NCBI RefSeq assembly: GCF_000150275.1
Contig: NW_002060960.1
Coordinates: 696,469-760,468 of the forward strand
Length of the DNA: 64,000 bases
Direction of reading: 5' to 3'
Origin: Trichoplax adhaerens
Lineage: Eukaryota; Animalia; Placozoa
This document shows, one piece after another, positions 38,001-50,900 of the stretch. A model generated the notes under the pieces. That model was not told the DNA's origin. It searched no databases and was given only the letters and a program-made list of their open reading frames with translations. Within the stretch, counting starts at the first letter, position 1. Each line of letters opens with the position of its first letter. The translations under genes and the position numbers were made by a program.

Positions 38001-41000
38001 AAAACTGGAAGCCAATCAATTTGATTTTCAATTAACTCGACGACTATCTACTGGAGCCCTTGCTCGTCAACAAACTTTATCCTTATTAAAGATTCGATTG
38101 CTTAATAATTGTCGCGACCCGTTATCTATATTTTTTCGCTTTTTCTTCCCACCCGTATTTATTATCCTTGGCTTAGTCTTTGCTAATAGTATCGCTAGCA
38201 TAACAGAAATTCAGCGTCATCCACCAGCACTAAAATTAACACCAGAACTTTACCTTAACTCCACAAAAACCATTTCACAGCAACTCTATTCTAATTTAAT
38301 ATTAAAAAATTCAACTAGTGGGTCTATTAGCGACTTGTTGGCTTATGTGCATCAAATGGGAATTTATTATCGACTGAGCAATTTATCTGATCAGTACCTA
38401 CTTGAAGATCGACCGCATACGATCGGCTATGATATCATACAATTTCGAAATACTTCTAAAGTAAGTAAATCCTACTAAGATAGCAGTAAATCTTCTCCTT
38501 AATATGTCGGTATTTGGATACAATATACACACGTATATTTGGTTAAAGAGCACCTTATAGGTTATAGATATAGTTTACGCAGGTGCTTAAACCGGACGTT
38601 ATCAGTTATGTAACTTATTCTTATTCATTCTAGCTGCACAGCTTATTCGTTGAGTATAGTAGTAATCAGAATGGGTACTATGCATTTTATACAAGATATT
38701 CAGACATTTAAATACTGATACGGTAAAATAGCATCTCCAGCGCTCTTTGCCTATCATTTTCTTGATCCTGCTTGGAATAGTTCAAATCTTATTGCGTGGA
38801 ACTTAGAATTTATAATGTATCTAAGTAACAAGACATTTTCCAATATATAATAATTACCAATTCCAATCTTATTTTATGAGTAGAGCTTGTGTATAAGTAA
38901 CGGTTAATTTCACCTGTAAATAAGTAAATTAGATGTAGATGATATATATAAACTTTTTAATAACTAGTTCGAACCTTGCTTTATGTGTAAAGCTTGTATA
39001 TAAATAAACATTAATTTCGTTAATAAATAAGCAAATTGAACATATCTGATCTGTATCTAAACCTTTCAATAACCAATTCGAATCTAATTTTATGCGTAGG
39101 GCTTCTCCTCTTATGTAAATATAAAGTTTAATGATACTGCTGTTCATAGCATCCCTATTGCAATGAATCTGATTCATCGTATCAGATTCAAGCAGGCTAT
39201 GTATATCCATCGAGGTACGGTCGTCCATGGAGATGTCCTTTCCATCTCTAGCAAACCATTCCCTAAGCTTACTGTCAGTGGACAATTTAACCAAGGATCA
39301 TTTAGCTCACCATTATTGATTGGATTAGCATTGAACGTTATACCTGCGGGATTTGGCATCGAAGTTGTACGCGATCGTAAGGTAAAAATGATTTAAGCAA
39401 AAGCAATATTTAAAGAGTTAAGTCTACACTTGCGTGTAATGATACTAATTAATTTACTTCATCTCTTCAATAGCATAATATTCGCCAGCTGTTAAGAGCA
39501 TCGAGTGTGAGCAGTTTAGTCTATTGGTTATCCATGTTCGCTAGCGATTTTATATCATTTCTATGCCCCGTGATCTTAATGTTGATTATTATTCCGATCG
39601 TGAACGTACCGTCGTTAACTATTCCTGCAGCAATGGGAGCCCTCTATTTAGCAACGATAACTTACATGTTTTCTAATATCGCATTGGCTTATGCAATTTC
39701 TTTCATGTTTTCATCTGTGGAGACATGCCAATCTGTCTTGCCTATTTTCTTTAACCTAGTAAGTAGATCTAGAATTACACTTATGAATGATTTATTGATC
39801 GTTTGAACTGATTTAATATTTTCTCTGCTTCTATTAGGCATTTCTATTGCCAACTATTTGCGTTTCGATGCTAGATATGCTTACTCAGCCTGTTTACGGT
39901 TTGATTTTTCATTATATCTTTTTGATCCTTAACCCTGCATATCCTATTGGTGGAGCAGTTTATTATATTAATCAGGTAACATTTTCTACTGAGTTTTATT
40001 TTCCTCTCGGCTGCACTATTCGGGATAAATTAAGTACTGGTTAATTAATAAATCTATTTAAAATTCATGTACAAAAAGTAGAATCAGATTTTGCGCTCAA
40101 TGCATATCATACCTAAAATCTTTCGAAATTTACAGATATATATGAAACAAATTTATTTGCCCCGAGATCAACCGATTCCAGCGGGCTCCTATTTTAGCTT
40201 TTCTAGCCCTGTGCTATACTGCATTTTAATGGTGAGTTATGAAATTGTTGAGGAATAATTACATCTTTCAAATCTTTGTTTAATTCCGTGCAAAAATGAT
40301 ATATATTTTCACCGATATCTTTGCAGCCAATCGTTCACATCATAGCCTTATCCTATCTATTATGTTATATGGATAGCAAGAATGCTAGCTCCACAGAATC
40401 CTATGGATTATGCAGGTTACAATACGCTAATTTAGAATGGTTTAATTTTATTCTGCAATGACATGTTCTGAACTAATAAATATTTAATGATAGGTGAAAA
40501 TAACGCGCGAAAGCTCTGTCATTAATATTTTACCAACAAATCTGGTTGAATTTTGTAGGAAATTAATGCAGAGATATCAGCAATTACCATCATCAGCATC
40601 GTCTATCTGTGAAATTGCAAGTTTAAATAGCAATAAAGCTTCCATGTCCGAAGATGAAGATGTCAGAGAGGAATGCCATCGAATAACTACATCCAGTAGT
40701 AGTCAAGATGTTTTGAGAGTTCAAAATTTACGAAGAGAATTTATTAAATATTCTAATATGGATCAGAGACAACCAGGATTATTTCATCAAGAGTCAAGAA
40801 AAGTGGTATAACTCAAATATTAAAAATAAACTCTATACGCTGTAGAATATCGTACGCTTAAATTTAATGGCTTTATCAATAATTCAATATTAGGCTTCTG
40901 TAGAAGATCTCTGTTTTGGTGTTGCACCTGGCGAAGTTTTTGGATTGTTAGGACCAAATGGAGCTGGAAAAACGACGACATTGAATCTAATTACCGGTGA

Positions 41001-44000
41001 TATGCCGGCTACACTAGGCAATGTTAGTTTTGCCAGACTAGATTAATGAAATCTCTTCATACTTCATAAATTAACAGTGCTTCATCATGATTCTAATTTA
41101 TTGATTCTTACCATTTAGATTTCCATTGCTGGATATAACTTAAGAAATGAAACTACCTTAGCGTTAAGAAATTCCGGATTTTGTCCTCAAATGGATGGGC
41201 TATGGGAAAGGATTACACTTACAGAACATTTAACGACTTATGCTGCCATCAAGGGTGTTCCAAAAGAGTGTATTCAAGATGTTGTAAATAGGTTTGGTTC
41301 TAGCAAATTTTAAGAGTAGATTAATTACTGCTTATAAGATGATTATTTTTTAATTCTTAAGAGTAGCAAAGAACCTTACCTGCTTTGTTATGTTATATTT
41401 AAAGTAATGATACTTCAAAAACCACATATTTAATTCTATATACCGTTTTGTACGGTATTCATATTTGTCGAAAATCATTATAGATTTATTGATGGAATGA
41501 ATATTCAGGAACATACTAATAAGTATTCTAAAAATCTATCTGGAGGAACAAAAAGGAAGGTAGATTTAACGTATTTAGAATTAATTTGTCTTTCTTAATT
41601 TATTTCAATCTATCGTAGAAATGATACGAGTAAAAGGAGGATAGTTACAGTTCTATTAGCACACGCCTAAATAGTAGTTTATAGCGTAATACCTATTGCA
41701 AAGATTTCCACTATTTTCAATTTCTTTTAACTGTCACGTATGAGCATGAACAAGACAGTAAGTGTTTATGCAATGCGTATCACATTATACCATTCAAATA
41801 TTAGTTGCTCTTGTTACAAAATATTTATCAAAACGTGACTAGTATGCAATAGTAGATAAAACTTCACGATCATTTCATTCAAAACAAGGCAATATACTTA
41901 CTTGCTATGATTTTACTTCCTTAGTTAAGCTTTGGAATGAGTGTCATTGGTTGTCCTCGACTGCTACTTATGGACGAACCCTCAACGGGTATGGACCCAG
42001 GTGGTAAAAGATTCTTATGGCAAGTATTTCCGCAACTTTCCAGTGTGTTACCGCTTTGTAATTTAACTAGTATTGTGATTGTAGACTGTTAGCCATGTTT
42101 AGTATAATGTTGTCACAAAACAGCTTTCGTGAACGTACCTAAAGTATTCTATCTACTCTTATGGTTCTCCGACTAACTCCGCAGATCCTCAGTAAGGGAA
42201 AACTAACTTATTCCTATACTATAGTAATCAAGTCAAAACGATAGGTTTAGGTTAATAAAGATCTTTATTGCTAGCTTGCTTACGCTTGTACCAGTGTACC
42301 CTACGTTAGCCTCAGTGGAACTGAGATTAAAAAGTAATGATCAGGCTTATATACAGTTTCATATGTCACACAAATAAGATCGGTACTAATCTTTCACATT
42401 AAATTATAGAATGTGCAATACAGATCCATACAGGCTTACTATAGATTCGACTAGCTCGAGTGTTACTTATCACTTGGCACAAATTAATATTATTAATTAG
42501 AACCTTATTAACTAACATAATAATCTTTACAGCTTGAGATTTTAATTGCTAACACCATATCCATGCTGTATATTACTAGGATAATTAATAACAAAAGTCA
42601 ATTAACAACTAGATTGTTGCCGAGATCGGCAACCTCCATAATAATATTGTTACATATATTAGATCAAAATATTATTCATTTCGGAGCGAGCTCCGTCACA
42701 AATGTACGGTAGATATTTATCCTAAGAGATAATTGGTAGCTATAACTATAGTCTGTAGTGGTATAGATTCTATGCTAGAGTACAGATGACTATATACAGT
42801 AAGCTGTTGAGTAACTAATAAGGCTATAGGTAAAAATAGAACTGTAAATCATATATTAGGATATGGTTAATTCATTTTACTTTTGGTTGGTGTGAATAAT
42901 GTCTGCGTAAGTACTGTAGTCGTATCCATATTGGATTAATGATGGTCCGCAGTAGAATAGTCTTACTAAGAATAATTTAACTATGTGTAAAATAAAGTAA
43001 AAGGTTGCCATGCGGATTGTAGCTGCGAATGCTACGGAAAGTATAAAAGCATGCAACCTTAGATTATTCTGTTAGTTCGTTGTAGAAGTCTTTAGTAGTA
43101 GTATTCGGCTAGAGTAGAGCTGTGTGTAGTTAATCTTTGTATAAGATTCAATAAAGCCCTTATTTTTCTAAAATTTAGAATTTCGTGGTTGATATATACC
43201 ACACACTTTTGCGTAAAATAAGTATAACACATCACCTATACTATTAATAATTAGGAATGCTATTAAAGCAAGTATTTCAAGTGATACTGGAGCCGTTATT
43301 ACTACACATTCTATGGAGGAAGCCGATGCTTTATGCTCGCGCGTGGCTATCATGGTGCGGGGCCAATTACGGTGTGGAAAATATCATAATAACGATATCT
43401 AAATCTATATCTATGTTTATAAATGTTTATAATAATAGCTATAAGGAAAATAGTTTTAATTATGTCTGTATCTATATCTATCCAAATATTTAAAACAACT
43501 ATATGGAAAATATCTAATTTAATAGCTAGAGATTCCTATACCTTGTACTACAGCATATGAGACACTCACCTATTTCAATATCAGTATTTCTAATATTTAT
43601 ATCTTAAATCCATAAGTATTAGTATTCCCCTCTGAATACTTATACTTACGCTAATTTCATCTAAATATGTCTAAATTGAACAGTTAAAATTTCCTATACC
43701 TTTAGCTGCAGTATTTAAGATATTCATATATCTTTATATTGGCATTTTTAAATCCAAGAATTAAATTTGTATTATGCTCTGAATATGTTTAATTGTAGTT
43801 GCCTTGGTTCTACGCAACATTTGAAAAACAAGCATGGTGGTGGATATCACTTGGAAATTAAATACGCATCGAATGAAACAAATGCACATCAAGAAAGAGA
43901 TTCATTCAATAGAGTCAATAATTTCGTTAAAACAGTCTTTCCAAATGCAGCCATCACGGAACATTTTTCTCACCGAATTGTCTATAAGATTCCATCATCT

Positions 44001-44497
44001 AACGTGACTTCGTTGGCAAATTCCTTTTCTTCATTAGAAGCAGGTCTTTAATGTTATTATATAAAATTTTATCAACCATTTGTAGTATAACGCTTACTCA
44101 ATCATCCGTAATGGCTAATTAATCATGTATCCTGATCATTTATAGATTTATAGCCTAGTATCACCTTAGATTAATTTCTCTGATAAAGACTTTGATTATT
44201 TACAGCTTTTATTGATCTTATATCTATTACTTGGTATTTTATGTAGATAAAACCAAAGTTGGGATAGTTGAATATTCCTTCAGCCAGTCTAGTCTAGAAC
44301 AGGTTAGCATGACAACTGATTAATTTTAAAAAACTAAAACTAAACTATGTATAATATTCTTGACCGTAATATAATGCAATGATTTTGATTACAATTCTGA
44401 ATGAATGCAGGTCTTTTTGGAATTTGCTAAGAAGCAAGAAGATAAAGATGAAGTATCAAGATCTCGTACAGGAACCAGTAATGATATTATAGTTTAA
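32017..44497 (+). CDS. ABC transporter subfamily A (ABCA5-group-like), full transporter, copy 2 (tandem paralog)
   Basis: Typical ABCA N-terminus ([29 protein letters not shown]). Same motifs and intron positions as copy 1, with both NBDs intact. Ends [10 protein letters not shown]...NDIIV* with TAA at 44495-44497. One intron needs a GC donor (42020). Confidence 0.95.
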
Positions 44498-47400
44498 AAA
44501 ATTGCTCAATTTCATATGAAAGGATAACAAAAGCCCTTGCCTTTTGACAGCATATTATCATATGTAAAAAGCATTTATTTTAGTTAACACAGAGAAAAAA
44601 GCCTTATAGATTAGTTATTATTTTATTTACGTTTCTGTGTAATTGTACATTCACTGTCCTGATTGCATAGATTTCATAATTTGAGTATTTCGATACTCAT
44701 ATCTGAAATAAAATGGCTATCGAGCATTTTATTTTTATGCGATGTAATTTAGCAGCATGAAATGGTAATATAGTAGACTAATGGTGAATTTTACAAAATA
44801 TAAGGTAAACATGTTGCTAAACTACCGGTGTATCTTGAATTATAGCTGAGGTTTATTCCTTTAACATTAATATGAAATCATCGATTTTTTAAGATAATGT
44901 GAAAGATGAGCATTATCTAGATTTTACTGAATCTATTATTGCTTTCATTATGTATTATTTCTCATCGTGTAGCGAATTACTCATTAATTTTACTTATGCA
45001 TTTCAATATAAATACCAAATTTATGAATTTTTTAGGATGATACGGAAGATAAATATCGATTATCATCTATGAAATTTGAGTCATATATTCATTTTATGTT
45101 GTCTTTTCTGATGTGATATCTTTTATACTTTATCTAGTTTACTAGTTATTAATGTTTCGTATTTACTTCTCAATAAACGTATCGACATAAAACAGTAAAC
45201 TTTTTAAATTAAGCCATGGGAAATATGTTAACAGTATTAAATATGAACCAATACTTGGTGCTGTATGTACATCATATCAGATTCTAATTCATAGATGGCA
45301 TAATTTCTTAACTTGGACCACCAGTTATTTCAACGTAACTTAGATTATATATACTTAAATAAGGTAGTAAATAGACTGCATATGACCTTAATTAAATAAG
45401 TGAAACAAATACATATCTGATCTAATTTTCTACTGTTTGTTAAAATGAAATACAATAGCACCATTTGTAATTGCTAAAATATATTTGATGAATTTTCTCT
45501 TTTACCCAGTCCTATATATCCTGACCACGTTGGATTCCTGTAGAAATATATTACAGATAACTAGAATATAAGAAAATAATACATGCTTCACATTGCAGCT
45601 ACACTTTTTTGCTATAATTTTTCCGATAGCAGATACAGCCACTAATAATCAGAATTTATTAATATACCACCTAAAGTATGTAAAAAGAGCACATCTATCC
45701 ACAAGCCCAATTAAATAATCTTTGGTCATCGATATTTATGCAATATCAGATAACTTGAAATATGCTTGATTTCACACATGTTAAAAAATTACAGAAATCT
45801 ATGTCATTTAGCGTAATCTAAGTACAGGCGTAAAGAACTGAAAACTATAATGTATGTTCTATTCAGATACTAGTAATTAATCAGATAGAGATTATGAGCT
45901 CATTTACTTGCTCTTGTTTCTGATCAGTAATCATGATATTGATTTACTTAGATACGATTCCTACTTAGGTATCCAGAATTTATAATAATTTATCTAGTTT
46001 TATAACATGTTCTATATTATTTGTTCGCGTATTGAGAGAGACTCCATAATGCATATGATGCTCATTTAAATCTCCTGTCTGCTAGATCAATATTTGTTTT
46101 CAATTTTGCATAAGATTAAAGATATGTTGGCAATGGGCACGGTAAGCTACTTATTGAAGGCTATTACAATTGTTAACTGTGTAAATTAAATTAATTTCCG
46201 GTTACTATTTGAATCACCAAAAAATAAAAATACTTTTACCATGAAGTAAGTGAATAAAATTTGTCGAATCATTAGTAGTTTAATCTCTGATTGATTTTAT
46301 CATATTTTTGAAAATTTAGCTAGAATATATATCGGTACTGCACTACGATTGATTTTAATGTCGTCAATAAGGAAACTAATGAGCTGTCTGTCTTAATAAT
46401 CCTAAATCAGCAATATATAGTTAGGAAACAAATTAAACTGTTCGACTTAGTACTTATAAATTCTGCAAATTAATTTTTAAAGCCCATCTGTAAATACTTT
46501 ACTGGTACGTTTTTTATAATAAATATGCTATCTATTTACAAAGAATTTAAATAAAAAAATATCGCAAACCGTAAAACTTGCTACTTTATAGGAAGTTGTT
46601 TATTCGAATTCCTAACTATTAATTAGTTTTAGGACAACATTTAGTAGATTGTATCTGATATCGATAGTTTATTGCACGAGATTTCCTATAATTTCAGTAT
46701 TCTAAGCTAACATTAATTGATATTTCATTACTTACCGCTTAAGATCACGTCAATTTTAGTTCTAATAAAAGATCCATTACCATCCTCATTCCTAAAAAAG
46801 TCAGTAGTTACTTTAATAAAATCTCTCAAACTATGAAATGACGTAATATTATACGTGTATCCGGTATTTGTTTGTAAATTACATCAAGAAAATCAAAATA
46901 AATAATAACAACAATGAAATAAAAGCATAAATAGCTTAAATAGCTTATATACCAAGTAATCCTTAATACGATATAAAAATTTATCATTTATTCATAGCTC
47001 TCTGAGATCGTTCAGAATATAACTAGGCCTAATTATGAGCGCAATCTGATACAGCGAAAAATTGGAGGTTTATCCAGACATCAATAGAAACAATTGCTAA
47101 GTTTTTGATATTAAGTTTTACGTACGTTTTCATTTAATTTTCCTTCATTACTTTTGGGAGATAATAGTTTGTTACTAAGTGGTATAACTTTACTTTCATT
47201 AAGTTATTAATTGAAAAGATGGAAAGTAATATGTTCAGCTAATGGAAAGTAGCATATAATATTTTAATTTTCAAGCAAGAACTATTCCAGTAATTTTACG
47301 TCGGGATTGATATTAGTTTCAAATAAATATCTTTTACCTGCAACGAAGTTTGTTATTCTATTGCATGGAAAAAATGATCCAATTTCAATTACTACTTCTT

Positions 47401-47551
47401 TTAGACTTACAGTGCATACTTTTACGGCAGTAATACATGTGATAAGTATAAAAGTTTCATAATTGAACTGATCATATCAACTTTTTTGGAATAAAGCAGA
47501 GAATAATTTCCTTATTTGCAACCCAAAGCATCGAAAATATAGCAAGACGAA

Positions 47552-47987
47552 TGTCACGGTACGAACTACCGTGAAGAAATAGCTATCTAAATTTGGTTAA
47601 TATAGTATAGTGATATTATATTACAACTAGTTACTTACAATAGGAATTACTCTAATTATAAATGTGTTACAGTAAATTTATTGCTGTGCTGTAATGTGTG
47701 CTGAAATGATTCTGTGAATGGACATATTGTAGTCCGACTGTGAAAAACTAGTTAGTAGATGTTCTCACCCAAGTATTATTATAAGATGACTTGTGAATGT
47801 TAGCAGCTGTAGAAGGGTATATAAACCCGTCAGATAGTTGAATAAAGCAGTTCTCAATTGTATAGTTGTTTTAACGTAGAATCAAAGGCGTCTAAATTCT
47901 TGTAAGTAGGGATACTGAATCCCGGAGACTATAGTAATTTAGAGATTTGTTTTTACGTTATACTTGCCACGAAATTGGTTTGTGACA
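47552..47987 (+). mobile_element. Solo LTR of an LTR retrotransposon (copy 2)
   Basis: TGTCAC...GTGACA termini, perfect 5-bp TSD ACGAA (47547-47551, 47988-47992), TATATAAA at 47818-47825 and AATAAA at 47841-47846. Homologous over its whole length to 750-1189. Confidence 0.9.
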
Positions 47988-50900
47988 ACGAATAAGACCG
48001 ATCATCATAAATAAGGGCTATAAAATGGTCTTCCATCTTGACAGGTAATATTAAATATACTATACTTTAAAAATCAATATTCCAGAAAACGTAATTCCTA
48101 ATTGGAAAGCTAACAATTTCTTAACATCAATGACGTGTAGAAGTCAATGCTAGAAAATTTCACGCAATAATATTAATCATAAATGAATGTAGAGTGAATG
48201 TAATCGAAATCAAAATAATAACGTTTAGGGTTGGATGGTCATTCCATTACGAAGGTTTCATATAATTGACAGTTTCTAGTAATTATCGTTTGCACCAAAA
48301 GCTATAAAAAAAGATTACTAATATATGAAAAATCTGATATGAAATTTCCTGTAAAATGGCATAGATTTTAAAAAGAGCAGTACGATGCAAAATTTATTTT
48401 GATAACCGCGAAAGTTATGGCCGTATTTATAACCATACTTCATCAATTTTTAATTTTCGTATAATATTAGTATGAAAGACTTCCATCTAGTGATAAAATT
48501 GATTAATTAAAATAGTGAATTTAGATATTCAGAGTTTCGTTTTTAAAATTACTTACATAATATTTGGACTGATAAAATCACTTTATGATTTATTGATAAT
48601 ATCAATCTACTCTATCCATCACATATGGCATTCATTAATAAGAGTCCCTAATATTCATTACAAATTGATTTCCATTTTCAAGAGTTGTAGCTTTCCCATT
48701 GCGGTCTATTAAGAGAAGCGCTATGCTACCTCCAAGATTGTAAATGGCATAAACTTACTATAAAACCACGAAAAGACATTAATGTTGTAGATTATAATCC
48801 TAAAATATTTGAAGGCTTCCATAGCAAATCATCCATTATGATAGAATAGATGCAGTTTAAATATTAAATCTAGATTGATACGTTGACGTGACTATACAGT
48901 TTGCGGTTATGGTACTGTAAACCAATATCTAAATTATTGAATGCGCTAATGTTTCTTATATGATACTGAAAATTTATAATATGCGTACATTTCTGTGATT
49001 ATTCATCGATGAGTCAATTCTCAGGTTAAATAGATGACTTTTAAAGATAATTATACCTGCAATAAGACATATATTTAGAGATTGTCATAATATCACGGTA
49101 ATCTCTAATGGCAATTTATAGTGACTTGTACAGGAAAGAATAAGCTCGAAAGTTTATAACTTCCGCTCAAATTTATAAGTGTTAAATACAGTAAATGATA
49201 GGCAAGATTTACAGCCGTTTCCACTCCTTCAAAGAAAGCGAGCAGAAGAGTTAAAGATTTTAGGCTCTATAACTGAAACTATGATCAGACTACAAATTAG
49301 CGCAATATGGCAATTAACTAATACTATTGCTTTTACTATTTAGCTCTTAAATTTTTACCATAATCTCTACTAACCATCTAAAATTTTATTTTCCATAACC
49401 ATCTACTATTGTTATCAAGTGCATCTCCATTCAAATTAAAAGGCAATCTACCAGTAGAAACAAGCGCAATCAATTAAAATAATTCTAATATAACGCGTTT
49501 TAGTCACTTTCATATGCAATAACAATAAAAAAAATTGTTTGGCAATTTAGTACTAAAAATTAGAGAAATTGCTGTCATAATACTCTTAGCAAAAGGTATT
49601 ATTTAAGCCCTTGCACAAAAGGAAAGATGTTGAATAGACGTAATGGATGACTGTTTGGATTGATATTGTAGAATAGTCAAAAGGGATAATTAGGATCGAA
49701 TTTCTAAGATATTAAAAACAATATTGAAATAAGATAAGATAAGATTGTTATGTAATCGTAGCAGTTATAAGTTGCACAAAGCAGTACTTGATATGGATAA
49801 TGCTAGATACATAGATTAGTATTGAATTTACGTAACTAATCCATTTTGCTAAAATGCTTAATAGCAACTCAAATAATTTATAGTTCTAACTACAGCAATC
49901 GCGTTGAATGAGGTTTAGGTTCAGTGACTAATTATCTATATTTACCAGATTACTTCCAAAATATATAGTGAAAGTTTTAATCTATGTAGAGTTAAAATGA
50001 TAACAAATAAATTTTTTTTACACTCATCTTTTATTTTTAGCCTACTACTGACACGAGTGTATAGCAAATAATGAAAATACACTAGCTAAAGTAAAGCAAT
50101 ACCTTAGATATCATAATGATGATCAAAAGTCTACGTCGGACAAATTAAGCTTCAGTAAATTGTAGATTTGATGCTGTATTGTTATAATTACATCTTTCAT
50201 GGCAAGGATTCCGCAGCACCTTCGCGTACAGATAGGAATCAAATATTAAAATTTTACGTTTATCTATTTATCCTATTTAGTATCTACCAATACCAATATT
50301 GAAGTTAGAATACAAATTTGTTAAGCTCTATATATGGAAATAATTTAAGCTCATAGACGCTTCGCTAAGTATCAAATAAATAGAATTAATTATTAAAAAA
50401 CGTCTAAGTCTTGATTTAGCCATAGGCATGATGATATTATGACTTTAAGATTGATGCACATTTCGATATTATCAATATGTTAGACAAGTATAATAAATCC
50501 AAAACAGGAAGGCAACAATAAATGCGTTTAAGTTATTTCAAGGTAATACGCTTTCAATATATCAAAATAAATTAAGGACTTATCCGCAGAAGCTGGTACA
50601 TAATTACTGCTAAGAGAAATTACAGTGAGGTATAGAAAGAAAACCTGCTTCTCTTCTCTTACTAGCAGAGACTATTAGCCTAATATAAAAAAAATCGGAT
50701 AAACAGGAAATAATATGCAAAGCTTTTTAAGACAAACTACGTTACCAAAATTGCAATCAACTAAAGTGATGTACTACCTATCAATATGAAAAGGTATTAG
50801 TATTTACTGTAATCAGAGTGCAGCTGCTTTTGGCTTTATTTTAAGTTGCTATTCTTCAAGGCAAATATTAATAACTTTCAATTTAGCTTCATTACGGTCT

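Noticed and set aside
750-47987. One giant LTR element enclosing the GPCR, annexin, ATP7 and ABCA genes
   Set aside because: Each LTR has its own complete and different TSD, and no gag-pol is seen between them.
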